DNA of 62,486 nucleotides, the filler included, from Atractiella rhizophila (Eukaryota), in NCBI GenBank assembly GCA_021432655.1. It is 4 parts of 4 records of this genome, joined end to end, with 100 filler letters (N's around TTAATTAATTAA, not from the genome) between each part and the next. Parts side by side here need not be neighbours in the genome. Positions count along the whole stretch, not along the records: positions 1 to 24,031 come from MU271795.1; 3 more parts are not named here. One strand, given 5' to 3'. The translations under genes and the position numbers were made by a program. Every line of letters begins with the position of its first letter. The stretch's first letter is position 1. Positions 1 through 12,945 of the stretch are shown here, one piece after another. A model generated the notes under the pieces. The model saw nothing but the letters and a program-made list of their open reading frames with translations, ran no database searches and was not told the origin of the DNA.

Positions 1-405
1 TTCGAAATTGAACCCGACCAGTCATCCATCTTCGCTCCTTCACCACCACCTCCGAAGCCCTCGACCTCGCCAACTCCTCTCCGTACTCGCTATGCGCCGC
101 CGTCTGGTCCTCACACGTTAACGAGGCCCTCGACGTAGCCAGCTGTTTGCGGGCGGGGACCGTCCAAGTAAATGGGGGCACAGTCCATGTAGAGAGCGCG
201 AATGGAGTCGGCAACATGGGTTTAGGGTCCGTTTTCCCCCCCAAGAACCCAAGATGATCATGAGGAGCTGATTCTTTCGAAATGGTGGGTTGTCGGATGT
301 AGTGGCGCTAGTGGATATGGCAGGTTCTGCGTCGACGCGTTCACAGATCTTAGGACGGTCGTGATACACCCAAAGGAAGATAGGTATCCTTTTGTCGAGC
401 ATTGA
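1..405 (+). CDS. Aldehyde dehydrogenase, 3' end only (spliced; missed by the ORF track)
   Basis: Exon from ~22 reads ...SEALDLANSSPYSLCAAVWSS...LRAGTVQVNGGTVH; after an intron ending GTAG (~303) it reads GASGYGRFCVDAFTDLRTVVIHP...VEH with TGA at 403-405. These are typical ALDH C-terminal motifs (ANxxxYxLxAAVW, GxSGYGRF). Confidence 0.9.
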
Positions 406-536
406 AGTTTGTAAATCTAATTGTACCTCATTTCTGTTGTACTGTATACGATTGCGATTATACATGCTAAATTCCCTTGCATCAGTTCTTTATGCCCGGG
501 CATTGGAGACAAGAAATGATTAATGATGACAAACTT

Positions 537-1878
537 CTATATCCGCAACCCAACTCCCATCCTCTTCATGAACACGCAAGCAACCGCACCGGCCGCCAAT
601 CCTCCCAGATGCCCCCCAGTGTCCGTCCTCCGGTTCTAACGAGCGTGAGGCAGGGGACCATCAGCATCGCTCACGAACCATCGGAGGAAGGACGAACTCA
701 CAGGTCTGTTGTACCCATCGTAGATCTCATATGCAGCCAATCCGATGGTAGCGAGACCAGCAGGGACGGGGATGAAGTAGATGTAGATTGGCAGTCGTGG
801 AGCGAAAACAGAGGACCAGGCCATGATGCCCATTATTGCTCCTATGTCACATTCACAAAGTTTGTCAAAAACGAACCCAGCGTGCATTTGTCGAAGAAAC
901 GAAATCGGCGGCAAGACATACCAGATGCTCCGTGAGCTCCAGCTGTTGGTGCAGACCTTCGGGGATTGTTGTAGTGCTGCCATGCCAGCGACGATGCTGA
1001 ACCCACGAGTCCCTTCATCACAAGTTTCACCGTGAGGTGACAAAAGCAATGTTTGCAAGCAAGTTCGACCTACAGAAGCTAGATAGACGGACAGGAAGGC
1101 GGCCGGGCTCAAGAGGCGCAGAAGAAAACTGGAAAATGACCAGAATCCGAACATGTTGAGGAGGAAGTGCATGCTCTCTTTTTGAGAAAAACAGCAGGTT
1201 AGAAAGGTGTGTCTATCCCGTCACATTGTTAAGATATCATTATACCATGTACAGTGCAATGGAAAGGAAAGGGATGTATCTTACATGCGACCTTCTGAAA
1301 GATTCCGAGGCGAGAGAATGAAGTTCTTCGCCATGAAAAGCAGCTGCTGAGGATCCCCTTGCTGATAACTGGCTTCTGCACTTTGCCAGCTGAGAAATAT
1401 CTGCAGAAAGAAATCGGTAAGATTCCGTACCAGGCAGCCAAATTTTAAGGCAGGAAATGAAAATAAGTTGAAGTGACCGACACCTGGTCGTCTCCAGCCA
1501 TTCTTGCACATAAGTCAAGTAAAACAACTTGAAGAGCACATATTTCACGAGAAGCAGAAGGAAATGATTGCAAATGGGTGAAATAGAACACACCACAGTA
1601 TTGGCCCCAATGATACCCCATAAGATGGTCTTCCCTGTCTTATTCATTTCAGGAATAGGTCTCCAGTTTGTTCCATCTTCTCCACTACCGCCATAGGTCC
1701 TTTCCGACGTTCTCGAGCTTTTGCTCAGCTCACGATGGTAACGAGCCCTGAGGAAACGAGGCGGAGAGGTGAATAACGAACGGCGGGGAATTGAATGGAT
1801 AACCAGCGTTTTGCAGTGCACCACGCCGGTGCTTTGAGGGATATGCCTGCCCACAAGAAGACGAATACGGCTCGACAT
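537..1878 (-). CDS. Rhomboid intramembrane serine protease, mitochondrial PARL/Pcp1-like (multi-exon)
   Basis: Arg/Ser-rich presequence-like N-terminus from ATG 1878; HFLLNMFGFWSF; catalytic GASG (GAHGASG); catalytic His in GHWGHLGGLAAG; TAG at 537-539. Confidence 0.88.
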
Positions 1879-1972
1879 GGTGGTGGTAAACTCGGACGAG
1901 AACTTGATACTTTATGACGCGGCCGTCTGCATCTGTTTGAAGGAATAATAAAGGGTCTCATGACGTCGTTCC

Positions 1973-2043
1973 GGACTAGTGGTGGAACGGTATCATAACA
2001 CCCTTCCAAGGTGTAGTCGTGGGTTCGACTCCCGCCTAGTTCA
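1973..2043 (+). tRNA. tRNA-Gly (anticodon TCC), intronless
   Basis: Cloverleaf: acceptor GGACTAG/CTAGTTC plus A73, anticodon stem ACACC/GGTGT with loop CTTCCAA, T arm GTGGG-TTCGACT-CCCGC; TTTT Pol III terminator at 2044-2047. Confidence 0.96.
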
Positions 2044-2155
2044 TTTTAGGATTATATTTTTTTGTTGTCTCCAACACCAGAGAAGAAAAGTGACCAAGAA
2101 TGAATGAATACATTCAGATGTTTACATCGCGGTCAAAAAAGACAGTTGAACAAAA

Positions 2156-2226
2156 TGAATACTGCGGGAGTCGAACCCACGACTACACCTTGGAAGGGTG
2201 TTATGATACCGTTCCACCAAGTATCC
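2156..2226 (-). tRNA. tRNA-Gly (anticodon TCC), second copy, convergent with the first
   Basis: Reverse complement gives GGATACT...CTTCCAA...GGTTCGACTCCCGC-AGTATTC-A, followed by TTTT (plus-strand aaaa at 2152-2155). Confidence 0.96.
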
Positions 2227-2421
2227 CAATGCTGTGGAAAGTCGAAAAAATACCTTGATATCCATAACTTGCGTTGTGACGTTCTTCCTTGGTTTTGGCA
2301 ATGTGACAATTGGACAATAAAACAAGTCTGGTGGACATTCGTTATACAATTCGTGTGCACGTACAGAAGACACAAGAATGGCATCCTTTCTTCATCCGTC
2401 AGGACAGGAGGCAGTTTGACG

Positions 2422-4600
2422 ATGCAGTCTTGTCAACGGTGCCAGGAGCTTCGACTGGAATGCCAGCGACCAAAAGGGCAGGTATCGCGCCTTCCATGCC
2501 AACGATGCAAATTATCAGCGGATATGTACTTATTCAGTTGCTGTTGAAACTCATCTGATGATGCCGCTCCCAGCTGTGAGATGGTACTATCGACGGGAGG
2601 TAGGAGGGCTGGTAGCGATCGCTCAAACATGCATTCTCGCGCAATCATGTCACACGTCGTAGAGGTATCCATCACACCTACAGTTTGCAGCCCACGTCTT
2701 TGGACGCGAGACTGGGGCAAATACAGCGTGGATTTGCATTGGGAACTCATCTATTCTCCTGTGAGTGTTGACGCAAAGACAGGATATCCCTGACCAGTAT
2801 CGAAGTGACAACAAACGAGATACCTCTCAATCTGGTCGGTCCAGTCCAAGATGTAGACGTTTCGGCGGCATCCTGGTTCGATTACTGGAACATTANNNNN
2901 NNNNNNNNNNNNNNNNNNGCATCCTGGTTCGATTACTGGAACATTAAACTTGACCAATTGCCAATTGATCCTTTCATTGATCTATGGTATAAATATACCT
3001 TGGCTTGCGCTGCAATGTGGTCAGCTCATTCAGTGTGTTATCTTAACCTCCACATCCCAAGTTAACATTGACAAGGGAAGTAGGAAATATTAGGTTCCAC
3101 GCCATTTCTCCATTTGCCGCAAAGGCTATTCAATGATCAGAAACTCGATTTACGAGCCTATGGTCGACGGCGTGAAGAATCTTTAATGGTCTTGTCAAAC
3201 GACTGCCTGCATTTCGGACTTTCGCACGAGTCGCCGCTCCACACAAAAACCACCCAGTGCCTTGCAGTTCTTCAGAAGTTCTTAAACAGTTTCAGCGTTT
3301 CTACAATAACCAGGTTCCAAGCTCGCTCCCTGGTGAAACTCGCCCTTGAAACCTTCGAACACCTTTGGGAGAAAGCTGATGGTACTCAGCGCCACCGTCT
3401 CTCCAGAGGGGCATTCGGAACCATCATAACATCCGATCTGAAATGGGCTTCTGTCCATGGTGCCCCACCCATCGTTCGTATCAAGCACATCAGAAAGTAT
3501 TTCAATTATAAAGAGTATCCTCTTAGATTTTTTGAGGACCCATTGTTCTTCAAGCCAGAGAACCTGTCGAACGATCTTGAACAATTCTCAAATGCTCGAT
3601 GGGGCCACTTACTTCTCTGGCAAAGGTATGTGCTTATGGCCGGTTAGTGGTTGATTGCCTCGTCATAGGCATATCAGTGACGATCCTACAGAAGAAAATT
3701 TCACGGTCACCTCTCAAGCAGGTTTAGAAGATATCTGCCGCGAATTGTGCACTATCTCTCAAACCTACACTTCTTGGTGGAGGTCCAACTTCTCCTTCAT
3801 TGCAATACCGGATTACTCACAAAAGCAATGTCCACTGCTTAAGGGCCCTATCGGCGAGGAAACAAGGTGGATTTCCAACATTTTGCTCATGGAGCACGAA
3901 CGAGCATTATTTTGCTTTACCAGCTTCATGATGAAGGTTCAAGAACGTTTTCCGTCGAATGCGACACTCAATAAAATAGCAAAAGAGGTGCATGATCTCT
4001 GTCACGAGTTGATATTACATGTTCTCGATTGGCTTCACCATTCAATCAAGGCACATGAGCTCCTGAACTCCCCCATTCTCTTTGGAAGCGTGTTGGGCGA
4101 TCTTCGCCCAATGGCCTATCTCGACTTCTTACCTGGTGGTTTCCGCTACTTTGCTCGATGGTTGGCGTGTAACAGTCCACTGGTCAATGTGACGGATCTC
4201 AAAACGTGAGTAGTTAGTCCAATCAGTGTAGTCTGAGTGACATAGTTCAACGCTACGACAGCTACTTTGAACTCAACAACCATGTCAGCTGGGGAGTCAA
4301 AGCTGCAGCCGAAAGGAGTTTCGAATTTGCAGCTGAATTGAATTTGCACGTTCGTGCTTTGACTTCTCCGTCAATCTGCACTAACTTACAACCTTGAAAG
4401 CTCGCTAGGCATGGCGGTGTGCGCCATTCTCTACCACCAATTATTTTTGCTGATAATTACCGCTATGAATTCAGCAAGTAGGATCTACCCAGAGAGCAAG
4501 CTGCGAACAAACGGGCAACGGCCTCGCAGAGTTTACAACAACTTTGGGACTCTTTCTTGATGTCAAAAATTGGCGAAGTAACTCACCGTCACTTTCCGAC
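2422..4600 (+). CDS. Zn(II)2Cys6 binuclear-cluster protein, putative transcription factor (3' end approximate)
   Basis: MQSCQRCQELRLECQRPKGQVSRLPCQRCKLSAD, then splice GTACTT...CCCAG gives I-C: pattern CX2CX6CX11CX2CX6C. Exon-sized plus-strand ORFs follow (2581-2760, 3114-3625, 3670-4204). Confidence 0.75.
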
Positions 4601-4922
4601 TTTGAGCAGACGCTTTCCACTATCATTGAAGGCTGAAACGTTGTAATTGCCATTATTCTTGGTGAGCTGACACTCGCATAGACCTCCATTAGTTTCTAAC
4701 TGATTTAGCAAACTCGGCTGAATCAGCACATGTGTGATATCGTGATGATCACAGGCCAGGCTTTATTGCAAGCACAAGTAGGCGCAAGTGGCACTTTATC
4801 CTAACATCCAAAACATGTTTAACAATCGGTGCATAACTTTCGGAATGCAAGATGATACAGCCAATCTCGTAAATCAACGGATGAGTTCAACATACAATAC
4901 ACAATATTGATAATCAACGAAA

Positions 4923-6818
<1,896 letters not shown>

Positions 6819-7847
6819 AATGAAATCGAATGCTGAATGTGGACGTATAAGGAAGGGGGAAATGGGGCAGGATTATGAAGGCATGATGGATGAATGTCGG
6901 CTCCAGATGAGAGCAGGTTATGCCGCTCCTAAGGCATCGATGGAGGGTTCGCATCGATGGAAAGATTCAACCGAGTCGGAAAAAGTGGGTTTAGACATCT
7001 TCGCTGTTCACTCCAACTCCATATCAAGCTCCTGATGACCACTGTGGCAGAACCTCTGCGCGTTGTGAGATACCTTCTCCCATCGCACAATGCTGGACAA
7101 GAAAGCGCACAGTCTCAAGTTTAGTCTAAGCCCCCCATTAACTCCCGAAACATGTCCCATACCATCATAACATATATCACGACATAAATTTATTCGCTGA
7201 AGAAATAAAACGGGAAAGCTGAGTACAAGAAATTAGCCGACAAAGCGGTGGTTCATTCAGATTCTACTTCTTTCAGGTTCTTTTTGCACCACCACACGGA
7301 GTAAGCATAAGCACCGACCTAATTAACTCCAGCGATGTAGATATGATCATAGCAGCTGTAACTAACAGGTTACTGAGGTTGAGAGGAGGAGCATTGAGGG
7401 AAGGTATTGAACACTGACAGGGGCTATATGTAAAGAACTTGGGACTTGAACTAATACCCTTATCTCATGTCCATAGTTTGTTGAAAAAGGGTGTGTTGTT
7501 CTTACTCGAACTCATGGATATGCTAGTGGAAGTACATAGGAGAGAGAATGTCTATTACAAAGAAGCTCGCTTTAATTGGTGTGCTTTGGCGTTATGGAGG
7601 AACATAGACATGACCATTTGCTGCAATTTTTACATGCCGAAGGATACGAATATTTGCACAAATTTGGTGTCCTAGGATATCGTTTTTGTGGCTTTTCACT
7701 GCTATTCTGATTGGGTAAGGTGCAACTAGGAGCTGTGGGCTGTTAAGATCTAGTATAAACAACTCTTGCTCATTCTCATTTTGCATAGAAACTGTGAGAA
7801 CCTATTCAGAAGAAGCGCTCTTGCACAGACGTCCATCTCACGGTGCG

Positions 7848-8148
7848 CATGTCGAGAGAAAAAGAACAATCTGAAGTCCTCTGACTCTGACGCTGCAAAA
7901 AGGTTTTCGAGCCACAGCTGGTCGGTGCCTCGTTGGATGTTGACAGCAAAAGCATCAATACCTGCGCCTATCGTCAGCTGATATGTATCTGTCAGCCGAG
8001 CGACATCGCAACCAGAGCTTTGGCTTCTTGAACATCCGTTAAAGCGTGAGAGTACGTTGTCCCTCCAGACATATAATGGACGTAGACATCCTTTAGCTTT
8101 GCTCGAGTTTTGCGCCAGCAGAAGGAAGAACCAGAAAACAATGAGCAT
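7848..8148 (-). pseudogene. GH71 alpha-1,3-glucanase, N-terminal part (inverted, frameshifted)
   Basis: Signal peptide MLIVFWFFLLLA; KDVYVHYM in a different frame; GIDAFAVNI; FRLFF followed by a 1-nt shift to SLDM. These are GH71 N-terminal motifs. Confidence 0.8.
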
Positions 8149-8335
8149 TGTGACGTTTTTAGCCGTTCTCTGTCGGCGCACAGACCTAGAGATGAGATGC
8201 TCTTTTGAATCACTAGCACCCGGAGAGAAGATAGAAGATATTATTTCGCTCCGTCCACATCTTGGAGACCATTACCATTCATGTCTCATCGGGAAGTGAA
8301 TCGGAGCATAGCCCAGGCCACTCCTGGCCACTCAA

Positions 8336-9540
8336 TCCACAGTTGAGGCCTATCTTCCTTTCCTGAGGCAATACTTTCCTCAACAGCGTATTACAAGCAC
8401 GACGATCGCCCGGTCATCTCTTCGTTTCGGGTGCTACGCTCGGAAATGATTATTGGACTAACTTCCGCAAAACTTTGAAGGACGAAGGTGTTGGAGAGGT
8501 GTATTTTATCCCTGACTTCCACAACTATGTTGGCGGTCCAGATCCTCAAAATGGGTTCTGGGATAAGTTTACGAGTGTGGACGGGATGTTCAACTGGGAA
8601 GTCTGGCCATATATTGAAGAAGGACTCGTGAAAGTGTCAACGACAACGGACCAAAAGTGGTTGGATGGAGCTAGAGCGGCCAAGAGGAGTTCATGACCAT
8701 CCGGATTTCACACTCTTTTTGTCAAGAAACTTAGATATCACGCAGGTATGAGCACGTTCCAATTCAAGCACATTGACGAAAGCCAGAACTGGTATAGGAG
8801 AGGTGAGGTGACTTTCGCACTCAGGATGCTGGACCTTCAGCCTGACTTCGTGGAAATAGGTGAGTATCCAATGAGGGTCTCTGTCGCTTACACTAACAAG
8901 CTCTAAATGGGGTAGCCACTTGGAATGACGCAGACAAGAACGTTCCCTTTCCAACAGCCTTATGCTGATCATTCTGAAGGCGAGTCGCACTACATTGGGA
9001 ATATCTGGCCGGAATCTATCGCGGGCTCCAGTACGTGACCATTTCCTATATGGAGAAGTTCTGACCTCTTGATCAGATTTCAGTGATTGGACCAATGGCT
9101 TCTCGCACAAAGCTTGGCAGAATCTCCTCCCCTCATTGATAAATGCTTTCAAGTCGTCATCTCCTGCATCGGGAATGCTTCCCACGAATAATGCTAGAGT
9201 TCAAGGCGCTTTCTGGTATCATCCTCTCCTCACCACCTTAGGCTGCATCGACGATCGTCTGGGTAAACCTGACGGAGTGGAGAATACGGAGGATGCTGTG
9301 AACATCGCCCTGATTTCGAGTGAAGACGGTGGAACTGTGAGAGTGTTTAGTACGGATTCTATGATCTGAAGCTTTAAGCTAGTGAAAAGCCTCAATACAT
9401 TACAGGCGAACGGACTGAAGTCCGGAAAAGTACAAGTGTTGAGCGAGGACGGATTGCTGCTTAATGAAGTGGAAGGCGCAGGAAAGGTACTGACAGAGAT
9501 GGATATCTGCAACTGCAACTACTATGTCGTTGAGCTGTAG
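8336..9540 (+). pseudogene. GH71 alpha-1,3-glucanase, central and C-terminal part (frameshifts, premature stop)
   Basis: AYYKHDDRPVISSF, VYFIPDF, VDGMFNWEVWP, FQFKH...NWYRRGE, QPDFVEI, TWND, GESHYIGNIWPE, FSHKAWQ, GAFWYHPLL, CNCNYYVVEL*; in-frame TGA at 9367-9369. Confidence 0.88.
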
Positions 9541-9704
9541 AGATCATGGCCAAATTCCTATCTTAGGTAACTAATAATATTTTAAACGGGTTCCTTGCCT
9601 TGTTCTGTCCCATATCACATTGCAAAAAATTTGGGTCATGGTCTTCATTTCTAGGTACATCTCTATCATCGTCAAAGAAGAATCCAAATCGGTCGTTGCA
9701 CCGT

Positions 9705-11972
9705 TCACAAACTATATCGGAAGTACTGCAAGGGGGTGGTAAGGCTCAGTGACGAGATCGGAGGAAGAACGCACTGGGTTTTCGAATTCTGTCTTGTCCA
9801 ACATTGCCTCCTTCTCTCCTTCCTTCCCTGTCAAAATCTCTCCGCTCGCTGCCTGGAGGCGATCTCTCCGCTTGTTCTCGGCCCACTGTTTGCACAAATT
9901 GTTAAACCTTGCGGACAGGAACAGGAGAGAGAAGACGAACCATGTAAACTCCCAATGCAATCCCTGCCGCAGTCTTAATCACATAGCCGCAAAGCATGGC
10001 TACAATGGCTGATTTATATCGCGGGGCCTCTTCATTCTTGAAGGTGAAAGGGCCAATAATGTTTCCAACGCAATATGCGATGAAAGTCGTGGCACCTGTG
10101 AACTGTTTCTTTGTGTGGCCAGAAATATTCGCGGAGACCATAGCCAAGGCCAGAGAGAATCCAATACTGAAGTACGTCGTTCAGAATTGTTCGTATTGGC
10201 AAACGGAAGAAGAGAAGCGAACCTCTGAACTGGGGTCCACCAGAAAGCAATCAGCCGTCCCCATTGGTTTTCCAGCGGGTAGGTATGCAAGGCAAAGCAG
10301 CCGCAATGACACAAACCACATTCCCGACGGTCATGACTATGATCCGGGTGTTGGGGAAGCGAGATGCACAGTATCCCCGCCACGAGCAAGGAAGCAGCTT
10401 GGATCAAGTTAGAAGGTATACCCAAAAGGGTAGTTTGGAGCTGCGTGAAACCCATCGACTGAATAATTTTTGTGCTAAAGCTCGTGATGAGCGAGTTGGG
10501 AATCTGAGCGGCACACCCCAATACGACTAAATATTAGGAAGGTGTCAGCCTGTAATAAGAGAGGTTTGGATGGGCTCACAGAGCAGATACGTTTTGGGAT
10601 CTTTCAAAGCATGGAAAATCTGGTACTTCTTGAAACGCTTATTCTCAACTCCGGTTTTGTTTTCTTGCCACCCTAGCTACAGCAGCAAGTTTTCTGCTCC
10701 TCGGTCAAATAACGCGCTGTGACCTACCACGGACAATTATTAGGCATGGATGTCGGAACGAAGGGAAAAGCAGCACGGGAGAATCTGGGAGATAGAATGC
10801 TACAACTGCAGCCCAGATGATTGTAACCGCGCCGAGGATGATAAAGATCCAACCCCATTGAGGGAAAGATGACTGGATGTGTCCTACCCCGTATCCTAGG
10901 AGCCTATTGACCATAATGAGAACGTGGGATGTGCCGATTCGTGAGCAAAACTCGCCCTCCAAAAAACGCCTGCCCAGGCCTGTGCGGAGTACCAAGCGAG
11001 CTGTCGCAAGGGTTGCTCATCTCTATTCCAGTACATCCCAGCTTTACACCGTTCGATCCATCAGCTTCAAAAGAAAGTTACGAGAAAACAGTGAAAACGG
11101 ACTGATCAAGACTGCACCTGGAGTGAATGAGCTCTCTAACAATCCCAAGAAGAAGCGATTCGCCATCGCGCCGGCGAAATTTTTGCATGCCTTTTCCATC
11201 CATTAGCAACTAAACCCATAGCAGGCGAAGCTGCAAGAGCGTACAGCAGTTGTCATGAGAACGGTACCCCATGCAAGGATGCAGACTGAGAGGAACTTGG
11301 CGATTCTTCAGAGGAAGAGTAAGTTTAGGTTGAATCAATGGCAGAGAAACGTACGGGAGGCGTTGCAACAGGTACCCGGCTGGATATTGCGCTATCAAAT
11401 AACCCTGGATAATGTGTGAGCTGAACGCAACGGGAAACAGAGGGGAGAAGGACAAAGTAGAATATGCTCCCAAGCCACGAGTATTGGTTTCCTTCCAAGT
11501 GGAGGCCCTTGGACAACCCGAATAAGTTTGCGTAGCTTTACTGCTGTGAGTATCGATTTTAGAGCTTTAGGCCTGGACTGACGTACTTGAGAGCGGTTTT
11601 GTCCACTATACGACACGACTTGTCAATGTCTCTCTCCAGTAACACGTGCGAACTCACGATATTGCAGCATGAAAGTTCCAAACAGGATCTTGGAGATACG
11701 TTACACCAACTTCAGCGACATTGTGGAGAATGAACACGTACTGGAAGAACCTTCAGATCGAATATCTTTCTCACCTTCGCCTCAGCCTTGATCCGCTCCT
11801 CCTCCGTTTGCGCATCCGTCCTCTGCTCATTTTGCACATAGAGAGCATAGGCGACGTCTGCATTCCCTTGATCACTTACAGACGAGTCGTCTTTTCGAAC
11901 AGGAGTTGAAGAGCGAGGGGACTTAGAGTCCTCTAAGTCGTCGAAGGACCTAGACTTGCGATCAAGAGACAT
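9705..11972 (-). CDS. MFS transporter, allantoate permease / anion:cation symporter (Dal5-like) family
   Basis: KVRKIFDLKVLP, YSWLGSIFY, AQYPAGYLLQRLP, RFFLGLLES, YLPDSP, QIPNSLITSFS, SANISGHTKK, YCVGNIIGP, EAPRY, EFENP-YFRYSL* (stop 9705-9707). Confidence 0.93.
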
Positions 11973-12945
11973 GCTTCTGTTCTATAAGCCGCGCGGCGCC
12001 GTAGAGAAAGAGTGTGGGAGAGGAAAGAGACTGCCTGTTTATAAAATTCTTTCTCCATAACCGATCTGTCTAGACGGCCGATAAATATTCGATAAAACCT
12101 TCAGAAAATCTCTGAGCTCGACTTTTGATGAAGAGGTACTCGCAGAGAGAAATGGCGAGTGATTGCGCAAGCAGCAAGTGACAAGGTGCTTGCTGACTGC
12201 GTTCCCGACGAAAAACGAAATGACGAAAGAACAATTGTATGAATGGTACGGGACATCTATCATGCGCACTGAAGCACGAGCTTGTCGTGTCGATAAGAAG
12301 GTGTTCTCCGTTCCCCTCCCCATATGCGTGCACCAAGGCAACTCTTGGCTTCGAGAAATAACGCTTCACAGGCGTCAATCGCTCCACTCCTGGCTCAGCA
12401 CTTCTATATTAGAACAGAAACATCTGCTCCTAGCTCACTGGCAAAGTGCTGGTGAGAGAACTCATATACTTGGTGCGTGTACGGTTAGATCGATAGAGTA
12501 CTCAAGCTCAAAAGACTTAACGTGAGAAAATTCTATCGCGTCCTCTCTGGATTTATCCCTTACTGTGTCCTCAGATTCAAGTTGAAGAGGAGAGTCATTT
12601 TGAAAGTTTGAAGCCTCAAAAGAATGTCTGTTTGTGTGGTGCACAATCGCTAATGAGCACCAGATGTCGATGAGCCGTGACGACTCGGAAGGCGTGTGCA
12701 TCTCACTAATCCTAGGAGTAGTATACTAATAATGATGGAGAGAAAGTTGGAGTTGGAGACAAAGCGCCTTCGGATCCGAGGACATATACACTTGGTAGAA
12801 CTCGCTTTATCGCTTTACTATTCAAGTTTATTGTCATGCTGTCTATTTCAATGCTCAGCGCTCACAGATTGCTGACATATATAGCTTCGCAAAGCGGGTA
12901 TATATTCCCATTTCCATTTCTAGATTTAACAATCAGCACCCAGGC

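Noticed and set aside
2868..2946. 28-bp direct repeat flanking a 23-N gap
   Set aside because: Identical sequence on both sides of a gap indicates unmerged contig overlap, not a target-site duplication.
9367..9369. In-frame TGA in GH71 as possible readthrough or selenocysteine
   Set aside because: The same gene has frameshifts and an inversion, so decay explains it.
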